From assembly GCA_950097015.1 (NCBI GenBank), contig CATNEN010000002.1, forward strand, positions 3,472,001-3,536,000: a stretch of 64,000 nucleotides of DNA, written 5' to 3'. Shown piece after piece: positions 35,520 to 47,803 of the stretch; positions within the stretch are counted from its first letter, which is position 1; each line of letters opens with the position of its first letter. Both the position numbers and the translations under genes were made by a program. Source of the DNA: Macrostomum hystrix (Eukaryota > Animalia > Platyhelminthes). Below the pieces are notes generated by a model that did no database searches, was not told the DNA's origin, and worked only from the letters and a program-made list of their open reading frames with translations.

Positions 35520-36745
35520 CATGACCAGTCATTCTTATGACCAGTCAATCTTATGACCAGTCAATCTTATGACCAGTCAATCTTATGACCAGTCAATCTT
35601 ATGACCAGTCAATCTTATGACCAGTCAATCTTATGACCAGTCAATCTTATGACCAGTCAATCTTATGACCAGTCAATCTTATGACCAGTCATTCTTATGA
35701 CCAGTCAATCTTATGACCAGTCATTCTTATGACCAGTCAATCTTATGACCAGTCATTCTTATGACCAGTCAATCTTATGACCAGTCAATCTTATGACCAG
35801 TCAATCTTATGACCAGTCATTCTTATGACCAGTCAATCTTATGACCAGTCATTCTTATGACCAGTCAATCTTATGACCAGTCATTCTTATGACCAGTCAT
35901 TCTTATGACCAGTCATTCTTATGACCAGTCATTATTATGAACCGTCAATCTTATGACCAGTCAATCTTATGACCAGTCATTCTTATGACCAGTCAATCTT
36001 ATGACCAGTCAATCTTATGACCAGTCAATCTTATAACCAGTCAATCTTATGACCAGTCAATCTTATGACCAGTAAATCTTATGACCAGTCAATCTTATGA
36101 CCAGTCAATCTTATGACCAGTCATTCTTATGACCAGTCAATCTTATGACCAGTCATTCTTATGACCAGTCATTGTTATGACCAGTCATTGTTATGACCAA
36201 ACAATCTTATGACCAGTCATTCTTATAACCAGTCAATCTTATGACCAGTCATTCTTATGACCAGTCAATCTTATGACCAGTCAATCTTATGACCAGTCAT
36301 TCTTATGACCAGTCAATCTTATGACCAGTCAATCTTATGACCAGTCATTCTTATGACCAGTCAATCTTATGACCAGTCAATCTTATGACCAGTCAATCTT
36401 ATGACCAGTCATTGTTATGAACAGTCAATCTTATGACCAGTCATTCTTATGACCAGTCATTGTTATGAACAGTCAATCTTATGACCAGTCATTGTTATGA
36501 ACAGTCAATCTTATGACCAGTCATTCTTATGACCAGTCATTCTTATGACCAGTCATTCTTATGACCAGTCAATCTTATGACCAGTCATTCTTATGACCAG
36601 TCAATCTTATGACCAGTCATTCTTATGACCAGTCATTCTTATGACCAGTCAATCTTATGACCAGTCATTCTTATGACCAGTCAATCTTATGACCAGTCAT
36701 TCTTATGACCAGTCATTCTTTTGACCAGTCATTCTTATGAGCAGC
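35520..36745. repeat. 16-bp minisatellite CTTATGACCAGTCA(A/T)T
   Basis: About 75 units in two main variants. Confidence 0.97.
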
Positions 36746-37349
36746 CATTCCTCTATTTCTCCCTATGACCAGTCATTCTAGCCACCTGATTCTAGTCCAA
36801 GGACCGATAATAAGCAAAGCCAAAAATTTTAAATGAGGTGTTATCTTATGACCAATATATATATTTAAAACAACTTAAACGGTTTTATTGAATAGGTTTT
36901 GATGGATTTGGGGAAAGGAATTGACAGTGATGATTCACCGTTTCAATTTTGGCTGCTAGTATATTACGTAATCGATTTGGCATTGTATCTGGTCATACAT
37001 AATTTCCCAATTTTCACACAATTCAGCTCTCAGCAATGCTCCGAGAGATCCCCACTTGTAATAAGCCCGCAGCCAGCTGGGGATAATCTTCCTGCTTGTT
37101 TTCTCCCATTTCGTCTTCCATTTCTCATCGTCCTTTCAATAATCGCAGCTTAAAAATCCTCATTTTTGGCGAGGGCGCGAGGGCCACCTGACAAGGGGAT
37201 GGGAAATGAGGCCGGGAATTGAGTTGGGATTAACGAATACTGCGCAGCAGATGCCAAGTTAAGGGATTAGGGCGGGTCCGGTCCATGAGAAATGTAAAGA
37301 GACTGACTGGGTTGCAGGAATGCCAGCTGGCCTTGCGAGGGAAATTTCC

Positions 37350-37712
37350 TAGGGGAGAGTAGGGGAGATAGGGGAGAGTGATAGGGGAGAGTGATAGGGG
37401 AGAGTGATAGGGGAGAGCGTTAGGGGAGAGTGATAGGGTAGAGCGATAGGGGAGAGTGATAGGGTAGAGCGATAGGGGAGAGTGATAGGGGAGAGTGATA
37501 GGGGAGAGTGATAGGGGAGAGTGATAGGGGAGAGTGATAGGGGAGAGTGATAGGGGAGAGTGATAGGGGAGAGTGATAGGGGAGAGTGATAGGGGAGAGT
37601 GATAGGGGAGAGTGATAGGGGAGAGTGATAGGGGAGAGTGATAGGGGAGAGTGATAGGGGAGAGTGATAGGGGTGAGTGATAGGGGAGAGTGATAGGGGA
37701 GAGTGATAGGGG
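37350..37712. repeat. 13-bp G-rich minisatellite GGGGAGAGTGATA
   Basis: Directly visible. Confidence 0.95.
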
Positions 37713-37819
37713 AGTTTGAGTAAGATGTTGCGCATAGTACAGATAAGGTATTGTAGAGTATTATGAATGAAAAAATGGTTTTCGAGTTCTGGAACAGCTG
37801 CAGCCATTGCGGTGCGCAG

Positions 37820-37955
37820 CTGTGTACAGCTGTTCAGTCCATGGACTGGGGAGGGCTTCAAACCCACTGTAATTTCTACCCCAGCTGAAGCTGGCACTCA
37901 TTTTACAACAGTGTAAACTGAAGCACTAGGAAATTCGAACTCACGACTTCTCGGT
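37820..37955 (-). mobile_element. SINE family A, diverged copy
   Basis: Shares GTACAGCTGTTCAGTCCATGGACTGG exactly with the reverse complement of family A, plus degenerate CORE and B-box remnants. Confidence 0.65.
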
Positions 37956-38739
37956 CAGAAGTTCAAGTCTCTAAGAAGAGGGCAAGGGGGCAGGGTAGAG
38001 GGAGAGGTAGAGTGAGAGGATCTGAGAAGAGAAAATTAGGCAGGGCAATGGGAATTTGTGATGCCGTAGCAGTAGATACAACACTAAAACACTGCTGCAG
38101 AATAGCATAATAAAACCAAAGTCACAGACTTCAAAATTTATCTCTTTATTAAGCGCGGAGTCTGCAACAACAGCAGAGAAAACACGAAGCAGATCCAGCT
38201 AGCAAAATCACTGGCTAGCTGTGACATCTGTTCGTGTTCGCCCATATCACGAATATCTTCCACACTGGGGGTGCTGGCCAGCACTGATAACAGCCTTGGC
38301 GGTTGCGCAACCCTTTTGCTCAGGCCGTCTCGCCCCCACTCCTGGAAATCCCCGCCCATATGGGATTTGCAAAGATTTTGGGAAATAATTAATCATTCTG
38401 GCTGCAGTCAAAGCATGGAGATCGAACTGCATGCAGTGGATTCTGTTTCCAGTCATGGCGTCGGTTTTAATGAATATTTTGCGTTTTGCATAAAACATGC
38501 GGTTTTACTACTTCATGGAATTATGAAAACTTAGTAGTGTAGTAAGCGTTCTTTTTATTTTTTTTAGGAATGCTCCTAAAGACAATGAGAAAAACAAGCC
38601 GCTAAATATTTAGGACAAAATACTTCGATTGTAATTAAATTACTTTTAACTATCTACGAATTATGAAAATAAAATTGTTGTAGTACGAGTAACTATGCCC
38701 TACGGCTCCTGTTGTTATTACGATACCTTGACCATCACT

Positions 38740-38895
38740 TTTCTCCCCATCACTCTCCCCTTTCTCCCCTCCACTCTCACCTTTCTCCCCTCCACTCTCA
38801 CCTTTCTCACCTCCACTCTCACCTTTCTCCCCTCCACTCTCACCTTTCTCCTCACCACTCTCACCTTTCTCCCCACCACTCTCACATTTCTCCCC
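38740..38895. repeat. 21-bp repeat CACTCTCACCTTTCTCCCCTC
   Basis: Directly visible. Confidence 0.88.
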
Positions 38896-39014
38896 CTCAA
38901 ATTTATTTTATCTAATTTCAGCCCCAGTCTCATTTCCCAAATCTTGGAGTTCAAAAATGACCTTTTAAAAGATATGCAAAAGCTGTTCAGAATCAGAATC
39001 GTTGCTCGGCCATT

Positions 39015-42000
39015 TCAGTTGTGCCATCGAATCGGCTGACTGCTTGGTGGCAGCGACATCGCGGCAGCTGCTGCTGCTGATGCAGCTGATGTTCTTGACG
39101 ACTGATAGGGCCTCTGGCTTGAGTAGATTGAGTCGAAATATCCGCGGAGCTAATCCGTATCACTGGGATTCTCTGCAGCAAATTAGCATTGAACAAAAGC
39201 ATCATTTCCTGATAATAAACTCATTAGGTTGTCACCTCGAAAAAGCAGAAAGCAAAGAAAAAAAAGTTTTTATGAAGGCAACTAAATTTTAAGCATATGC
39301 GGTACTACATAAAATAATCTGTCGCTCACTAAAGCATTAATAAGCACTTGAATTTAATATATATTTCAATCTATTCTATATAATAACGTCGAGGCTGGGG
39401 CGGAAGCAGGGCCTGCAATTGTTTGCGTCAGTGAATATAATCTTGCAATGGATTTTTCGATACATATCGGAAAACAAAAAGTGATTTGTCTTCTATTTTT
39501 TGGAATACAATTTTACAGACAACAAGGTCCCCGAGCTCGATTCCGCGGCGAGGCCACATTCATTTGGGGCGCAGCCGCCGAGAGAAGGCTTGAGGGCTTG
39601 TCGTGCAATTTACGCCCTTGAGGGCCAACCTCCAAGGCATAGTGCCTGACGGTGAGAAAGTCAGGGCAGGTGAAGCCTCTTCCGGATCAGATGCTTCACT
39701 TCATCAGCGCTTTCAAACTAAATTAAGCTGTTAGCCCTGCTCACCTCAGCTGCCTCATCGAGCTGCCAGCCGCCGGTGCGGCCGCCGCTGCTCGATCGTC
39801 GTCGAGCTTCTGTCAGCAGCAGGAGGCCGCGGGCAAGAAGTCTCTTGCCGCTGCTGTTCAAGGAGCCGCGAGGAGACAGGCCGTGGTGAACTGCACTGAC
39901 CTGCGAAGATGAGAACCCGCCCCTTCATCCATAAGAATCCGCCCCTTCATCCATGAGAATCCGCCCCTTCATCCATAAGAATCCGCCCCTTCATCCATGA
40001 GAATCCGCCCCTTCATCCATGAGAATCCTCCCTTTCATAAACTCAGACATGAAAACCCGCCCCTGAAATAATGAATTCAGCCATTTTTGAACAGCAGCGC
40101 GGGATATTCAAAAGCCGTGTACAGCTGTTCAGTCCATGGACTGGGGGTCAGCACGCGCATCCTAATGTCTTTCCACAGTTGATGTCAAGTTCATCTTTTA
40201 CAGCTGGGCGAACACAGGCACGAAGTGTTTGGCTTAACTACACAAACTGTTATTTTTGGTCGAGATTTGAACTCCAGATCTCTCTATAGTTCGGACTAAC
40301 GAGATCTATGCACTCGCGCAATGGTGTTTCTGAGAAACACATTAGGCAGCAGCGGCTCACCAGGTAGGTGGCGCTGAGGAGGCCGACGGCGGCGCCAACC
40401 GCCGAGTCGGCGGCCCAGGCCCGTCCGCTGGCGACTCGCCCGGCGCAGGCCAGCGCGCAGGCGAGGGCCAGGAAGCCGGTTAGGCAGGGGAGGGCGGCAA
40501 ACTTCCCGCCCTGAAGGCTGGCCAGAGAGTGCAGGTAAAGCTGCGGTATGGGGGATTTGCAAAGATTGTGAAGCCGTTCAAGCTAAGCTTGGACTTTACG
40601 TCGTGAATCTGTGTTGGGATCATTTGGGGATCTATGTTTTTGGAATGTCAACGTTGGGATCTATTTTTAGGGTGTTATCATTGGGATCTATGTTTTGGGA
40701 TCTCATCATTAGGATCTGTGCTTTAGGGATTTCATCAATGGGATCTGTGTTTCGGGATGTCAACGTTGGGATTCATGATTTTAGGATGTCTAAATTTGGA
40801 TCTATATGTTTTTCGGAATGCAATCCTTAGGTCCCGATTACTTGGGATTTTAACTTTGGGATCAATGTGATGGAATGTGAAGAATTTTGGGATTAAGTTC
40901 AGTATTAGCAGGGCGGGCTATAAGACGAACTTACAATCAGGAAAGCCGTTGAATATGCGGTCAAACAGGACAGCATCGAGGGAAATGAAGTTCTGAAAAT
41001 AAAAAAAATGATTTGATTGTTGCACTGTGGGGGTTGGCCTCTAAAACCTAACTCAAGCTGATACTGGTGCCCATAGCGTTTTGCTCGCGGGCATTAACTG
41101 TTGTTCTTGGGGCTGAGATTTGAACTCATGACCTCTCTGTTAGGGGCTAAGCTGTAGGCTACTAACTCCACACGGGTGAAATTAGAAGGCAATCAATAAT
41201 AATAATAATATTTATCCACCTAGCATCCTTGAGAATGTGCAATCGCCTCTCAGAGCAGGCCCCAAGCCAATCTCCGACGTTTCCATGGCAACCCTTGTCG
41301 CCGTGGCAACCGGCGCCAGAAGGTAAGGAAGCCGAAATCGGGCGACAGACTTCAAGAAAACTGGGCCTCGGATGGCCAAAGAAGGCTTTGAGCACATCAG
41401 TGACCAGCATGAGCAGGAAAAAGCAGAAAACGTAGTTTACTGAAAAAATGTTTCACGCATTGCTTTCGAGGTCATTTAGATACGGATAAGGCAGCAATTT
41501 TTGATCCCAGAAATCGAACTAAGTAATCCACACTTTATTAATTGGGATCTCACCACTCACAAGTGATTCTGTAGAGCCTTCTTGGCGCTCTTGGCAGTCG
41601 CAGCGAGGGGCAGAGAGGATTCACTGTGGGCTGTTTCTCTTTTCTGTACAGACAGATCAGGGACAGCTCGCAGACTATGATCTGAAATGAAACAGTTGAA
41701 AAAGTAATTGTAACTCGCACTTTTTATTACTTGAAAATGGCACTTATACTTTTCAGCTAAAGCGGATTAAAGCCATTTTCTAGTGGAAGTGTGAAGTTTC
41801 TTATCTTATCTCGAGCGCCAGCTGGAGGTCCGCAGAGAATGAAACTCCGCATAGTTGGAGTACAAAGTACACCACCTCATTTGACGGATTGTGATTGGCG
41901 GCCAGCTCGAAGAATTTTTCTGTGCCGCTTATATTTCATTCCTACCCCTTTCGGGCTCTAAACGTTGAGCGGTTGACGAAAGTGTGAAGTGTGACTCTCA

Positions 42001-43750
42001 CTCGTTTAAGGTTCTATTCTAATAAACCCAGCCCAAGTGTGTGGCAAACTCTGATTGGCTGGCCTAAGTGTAAAGTTTTCCGTCCCACAGCCCTAGTATA
42101 TTAAACTCTGCCAAAACAGTCAAAACACTCACAGTGAACACTGGCACAACTAGGGCCAGAATATACATCAGCTCTTCCGGAAATTCAGCAATAGCCAGTG
42201 GAAACTCGACCATTTGTTGCATGTGAGCTGACTTGCTGTAATTCCTAGTCGTAAAAGGCCAATCGGAAATTTCCGGCCTTCTAACTGGTATAATTCTTGA
42301 CCAACTGAAAGAAAGAAGACATTAAAATTATTATCTAATAAAATTCTTAAAATATAGATTTGCACAAGAAAATCGGCAAACTAAGAATTTACAGATCGCT
42401 GCAAACTTTCGGTAAACTTGATGACGGAAGACCGTAGAACTGACTCGTCTGGGAGCATCTAAAATTCAAATCAAAGATTTGTTTATTCGGATTCTTCATA
42501 AAGCCTTCGAGCGTGTACTTTATATTTGACGCGCTTGTTTTTAATTCGGAACAATCTGAAAAATTGCCTTCGTTTTATATCTAACAATTGCATTGTTTTT
42601 TTTCTTTAAAATACGTAAAATTGCTATCGATTAGCAATTTACATTGTTATTCAACCAATCGGTCTTAAAATGACGATTGCAGGCTTTCAACCTATTATGT
42701 ACACTGATATTTGTCGTAGAATGTACATCAATATTTGTCGGAGAATGTACATTGATAAAGGTCGGAGAATCTACATTGATAAAGGTCGGAGAATGTACAT
42801 TGATAAAGGTCGGAGAATGTACGACCTACATTGATAAAGGTCGGAGAATGTACATAGATAAAGTTCGGAGAATCCACATTGATAAAGGTCGGAGAATGTA
42901 CATTGATAAAGGTCGGAGAATGTACATTGATATTTAAACATCCAACAACATTTTTTTCATGAAGTTTGCGACTGTCCTTTGGCAGAAAGTTTTGCGAAAA
43001 CACCAACCTCAGAAAGTAGGCTGTCAGACCGACAATGAACAGCAGGCAGACGTCAGCAACCAGACCAAGGATAGCACAGCCACCACCAAGCCGTGACTGT
43101 CGACGACCTTCAGCCTGAGTGGCGGTCTCAGCGGGCTCCGCCGCAGCCGGCAGATGTTGACGCCGATTTCGACCTCGGCTTTGAAAACAACAGCGGCGAC
43201 GACTTTTGTCGCTATCGGCGCAATTGCCGATGATGTCATCCATAGTTTGGCTGTGCTGCGGACGTCCCGGCCGTTGGCCGCCATCGCCGCAACCGTTGCC
43301 AAAGCCGCTGCCTATAACAGTAGACCGCGGGGCTATTTCAAATGCGCACATTTTTTATGTATCTCATCAAATATTAAACAAATCGCCATGAAAATCCTTA
43401 GTACCTTAGTACCTTAGTAAGGTAGTATCGTGAACTATAATTAATAATCGAAAATGTTCAACCGATTCTACTTGTACTAAAATTATTGTTTTTAACTGAT
43501 TAAATTACTGTTTTCTTAAGTTAAGTACATATTTTTCTAAGAACTATAACATATCGGCTACAAGTAAAAACATTGCAATGAATTGACCTAATATTAAGCA
43601 ATACAACGGACCTTCAGGTAGCCATGCGCCGCAGCTGCAGCCGCCCTCACATCGCAGTGGCGTTGCGGGCGGCGCCTGCGGGGTCGGTGTCGGCAAACTC
43701 AGCTGACTGCTAAAGCTGGGATTCTGGCACATCAGAGGGGGCGGATTCAT
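39015..43750 (-). CDS. PAP2-superfamily lipid phosphate phosphatase-related protein (PLPPR/PRG-like, probably catalytically inactive); exons 43750-43612, 43332-43008, 42304-42133, 41681-41561, 41439-41220, 40992-40935, 40540-40361, 39900-39745, 39149-39015; 501 aa
   Basis: GT-AG exons join in frame (1506 nt), starting at a gctgccATG context. Features: TM1 LVADVCLLFIVGLTAYFL, LMYILALVVPVFTIIVCE, C1 motif LTD-like VTDVLKAFFGHPRPSFLEVC, C2 region RTSFPSML, LYLH, C3 region GRVASGRAWAAD. First and last exon choices are less certain than the core. Confidence 0.8.
39525..39680 (+). mobile_element. SINE family B, 5' portion
   Basis: GAGCTCGATTCCGCGGCGAGGCCACATTCATTTG...GAGAAAGTCAGGGCAG matches the reverse complement of the 28 kb copy. 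Confidence 0.7.
39915..40035. repeat. 22-bp repeat AATCCGCCCCTTCATCCATGAG
   Basis: About five units, next to a PLPPR-like acceptor. Confidence 0.85.
40105..40295 (-). mobile_element. SINE family A-related diverged copy in a PLPPR-like intron
   Basis: Same conserved 26-nt block at about 40119-40144 and a B-box-like remnant (GAGATTTGAACTC) on the minus strand. Confidence 0.6.
42718..42932. repeat. 24-bp repeat GTACATTGATAAAGGTCGGAGAAT
   Basis: Directly visible, in PLPPR-like intron 2. Confidence 0.88.
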
Positions 43751-43825
43751 GGCAGCCTCTTTAACAGGAGAAATGTCAATTTTAATTGAGTGGGACCGGA
43801 ACTCCGGGTCACTAATTTTTTGCGA

Positions 43826-44090
43826 AATCTGGGATCTGAAATCTGGGATCTGAAATCTGGGATCTGAAATCTGGGATCTGAAATCTGGGATCTGAAATCT
43901 GGGATCTGAAATCTGGGATCTGAAATCTGGGATCTGAAATCTGGGATCTGAAATCTGGGATCTGAAATCTGGGATCTGAAATCTGGGATCTGAAATCTGG
44001 GATCTGAAATCTGGGATCTGAAATCTGGGATCTGAAATCTGGGATCTGAAATCTGGGATCCGAAATCTGGGATATGAAGTCTGGGATCTG
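43826..44090. repeat. 14-bp minisatellite CTGGGATCTGAAAT
   Basis: Near-perfect tandem units upstream of the PLPPR-like start. Confidence 0.95.
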
Positions 44091-45351
44091 ACGATACGGT
44101 CCTTGGTATTTCGAACGCACTGGCGAGTCTGGGATTTCGCTGCCTGATGGCCGAGCACGAAAAAGTTTCTCCTCTTCTCAGCTCGACTCGCGTCGCACTT
44201 CACAGCGTGGCAATATATTCTCGAGTGAGTTTGGAGTGTCCGAGGGACCAGTTTCGAATTTCTCCGGCAAGATTGGGGATCAAAGCTTGTGGGCGTTGGC
44301 GAACAGGCGCATCAGAAATGGGAGGGGGATAAATATCCCATTTTTGCGTGCATGACCAGCTCAAATCGACAGCCAGGCTGAGCAGACACTTGCTGCTTAC
44401 AATTGATGACAGCGCCGGGAAATCAGATCCCAACAGAGATGCGACTCAAAATTATCCGACCAGAAAAGCTGCCGTCCTGCCTAATATGGACAAGCCTCGG
44501 GCACAATGCGCTTTGCTATCTCACAATTTGCCCACTAAAAGCCTGCCATTGCCGGATGCGATGAAAACTCGCTATTGAATTTAGCTTGGTTTAATTCAGT
44601 GCACTAACTGAGAAAAATATAGATGTCTCATTAGCACTACTGCAAGTAGGGTAGCATGGTCTGGTTATGCTCGAAATTATTGAAAACACTAATATTATAA
44701 CCCGTAAATATATAATATGCAAATTTCATTGGGGCTGAGGGCTGTGTACACCTGCCATGAATTTCTCACTAACCCCGCTAACCCCGCCTGCACCCGTTCA
44801 ATAATTTGGTCATTTCGCTGCTTCAATTTCATATATCAAATTTCATAGATTTAAAATATCGTGACAGAGCTAATTCCCTCTAAAGATGGAAAACTTCAGT
44901 TAGGCAATGCGGAAATGGAATCAAAGCGCATTGTGGCGGACAAGAATATGTGGGAATTGCATTGAAATTTCTTTCAGTTCAGTTCACCCAACGGCAAGCA
45001 GTGCCTTCAATGAGGAACTTCAGAGAGCAGCATCAGGGAGCGGGGAGGCAGGTGCTGAGTCTCAGAATTATGAGCATGTGCTCAAAGTGTTGTGGCCCTG
45101 CAGCTGTTACTTCTTGATGCTCAAATAAGCAGCACCTGCGTGTCGGATGTGTTTAATTATCAATAAGCTGATCAGGCGGAGATAGCTAGCACACTTCAGA
45201 GCTTCCTGTTTGTCCGCGTCTAGCTTTAATTTGCACCGTATTAGTACGGGCCTGACTTGAGTAGGCACTGATTGAGCAAATGATTTTTTATTTACTCAAT
45301 TTTAAATCGTAGCTCGTACATGGGCCTGACTAATTCTGGCTAGTCCGCGTT

Positions 45352-45790
45352 ACTTGACAAACCAGATGCTAGTAGCCATGACAAACCAGATGCTAGTAGC
45401 CATGACAAACCAGATACTAGTAGCCATGACAAACCAGATACTAGTAGCCATGACAAACCAGATGCTAGTAGCCATGACAAACCAGATGCTAGTAGCCATG
45501 ACAAACCAGATACTAGTAGCAATGACAAACCAGATACTAGTAGCCATGACAAACCAGATACTAGTAGCAATGACAAACCAGATACTAGTAGCAATGACAA
45601 ACCAGATACTAGTAGCAATGACAAACCAGATACTAGTAGCCATGACAAACCAGATACTAGTAGCCATGACAAACCAGATACTAGTAGCAATGACAAACCA
45701 GATGCTAGTAGCCATGACAAACCAGATGCTAGTAGCCATGACAAACCAGATGCTAGTAGCCAGATACTAGTAGCCAGATACTAGTAGCCA
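45352..45790. repeat. 24-bp minisatellite ATGACAAACCAGAT(A/G)CTAGTAGC(C/A)
   Basis: Directly visible; gives the MTNQILVA ORF. Confidence 0.95.
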
Positions 45791-46974
45791 GATACTCAGT
45801 CGGGCGCTTCAGTCAATGACCACTAAAGTAACCTATATACTTTGAAAGGTCCTGGTTTCTATGATGAAATTCATTTGAGATTAAATTGTTTAACTAGAAA
45901 AAATTCGATCGAGAGTAAAAATAACTTTCGGGATAAACTTTGGACAGGTTATTTTGGCTAGCTTCCTGTATCTAAGCCAGCTTCGAAACTGGTTAAAATA
46001 GGAATTAAAATTATTTATAGACAATATTTGACAATTGGACAGATCTGTTTGATGAAAATCGACCTTCAGGCAGTAGCCTATTTTTTTTCATTGACATATG
46101 AAAGACCTCAGGGACATTTCAAAACCTGACAATTTTCTACTGTTAAACCTACTTTGGCCCCTTGAAACTGTGAGCTACCGTCATTTTGCAGCCACCGCGA
46201 GACAATTGCCAGGATATGGGATTACAATAGGGGTTCGAGCCTGCTAATAGGCCTGCCAGTAATAGGGGTTACTGGCAGCCGCAGTAACGGGAAGCTGTGA
46301 AGTGAGAACAGTTTGGGAACACCTGACTGATAAGCAGCACAGCCCCTAACCCCCGGCTCGGACGGACATCGCGAAGGAAGGAAGCCGATACGGCACGACA
46401 ATGCTCTGTCTTCACATTAAGTCCCTGAGCAGCTTTTGACCACCTGATCCGCAGATTCTCGACACGGAGGAGGAGGGGAGTGCGCTGTTTTTGTTTTTTT
46501 AATCCCATCGATTTATAAACCAGCGGCAGATTTGCGTGCTACAGGCGACAAGACTAATCCCAGGATAAGTCTTTGATTTGGGATCTGGGAAGAAATCGTT
46601 GGATTGCTGAGTGTCTGATTAATAGAAGTATTTTTCCTGACTTGAAAAACAAGCTTTGACACAGGTTATTCGGCAAGCAATAAACAGTGAAAGCTGGCTG
46701 TTAAAGCTGTAACTAAGACTTGCTACCTGTAATGTTTAACTACAGACTAATAGTTACAGACAATTAGTTACAAAATATCATTTAAAAACTTTTATTTACA
46801 GACAAATAGTTCCACAATAACAGGCCATTAGTTAAAGACTATTAGTTACAGACTATTATTTAAAGAAAACTAGTTACGGTGTCCGTAACTAAATTATAAA
46901 TTTACCGAAATTCTAAATATTAACAAAGTAACTAAATTCCGTAACTACGGACACCGTAACTAGTTAGAGTCACC

Positions 46975-47045
46975 GCAGCAGGAGCAGTAGCATCAGCAGC
47001 ATCAGCAGCAGCAGCATCAGCAGCAGTAGTAGCAGCAGCAGCAGC

Positions 47046-47142
<97 letters not shown>
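46975..47142. repeat. (CAG)n microsatellite, interrupted on the left, pure on the right
   Basis: Directly visible. Confidence 0.95.
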
Positions 47143-47740
47143 CTGAGTCCCACTTAGGCAGAGGGACTCAGTAGCAGCCGATTGCTGGCAGCTCATCCTG
47201 GACCTGCCCGAGCTAGGCACCAAGATCGGCTTCTGCTGGGTCCCGGCCCACTGCGGTATTTCCGGCAATGAGGCCGCCGACCAGGCGGCGGCCAGGGCGG
47301 CAAACCTAGACCAAAGCCAGGCAGGCCCGATCCAGTTTGACGCCGCCAGAGCAGCCGCCCCATGCTGCCGACGCGACCTGGATACCACAGCAGTCGGCCC
47401 TTTCTGGAGCCCGCCCCAGGGCCTGCCGCGGAAGCAACAGGTCCTGGTCAACCAACTACGCGCGGGCGCCAGCATGATCGACAGAAAAACCCGCTACCGT
47501 CTCGGCGTCGACGCGTCCCCGCTGTGCCCCGACTGCGGCGAGGTGGACAGTGTCGACCACGTCGTCCTCCACTGCCCAAGAGGCGACCGCCACCGAGCCC
47601 AATGCGGAATCCCGGCCGAGAACTTGATGGAGAACCCGGCCGCGGTCATCGAGCTCCTGCGCAGTATGGGGCGCCTCTAGCGCCCCCGCCCTTATCGGTT
47701 CTCCGGCTCGGGCGCGCCCTGGAAAAGAAAGAAAGAAAGC
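47141..47740 (+). mobile_element. 5'-truncated non-LTR retrotransposon 3' end (RNase H-containing I-group-like LINE)
   Basis: One open frame 47147-47680 encodes the RNase H C-terminal motif FCWVPAHCGISGNEAAD, then NQLRAG, and a CCHC knuckle CPDCGEVDSVDHVVLHC. A short 3' UTR and (GAAA)n tail follow. Confidence 0.85.
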
Positions 47741-47747
47741 AGCAGCA

Positions 47748-47748
<1 letters not shown>

Positions 47749-47802
<54 letters not shown>
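47749..47802. repeat. (CGG)18 microsatellite
   Basis: Directly visible after the LINE tail. Confidence 0.95.
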
Positions 47803-47803
<1 letters not shown>

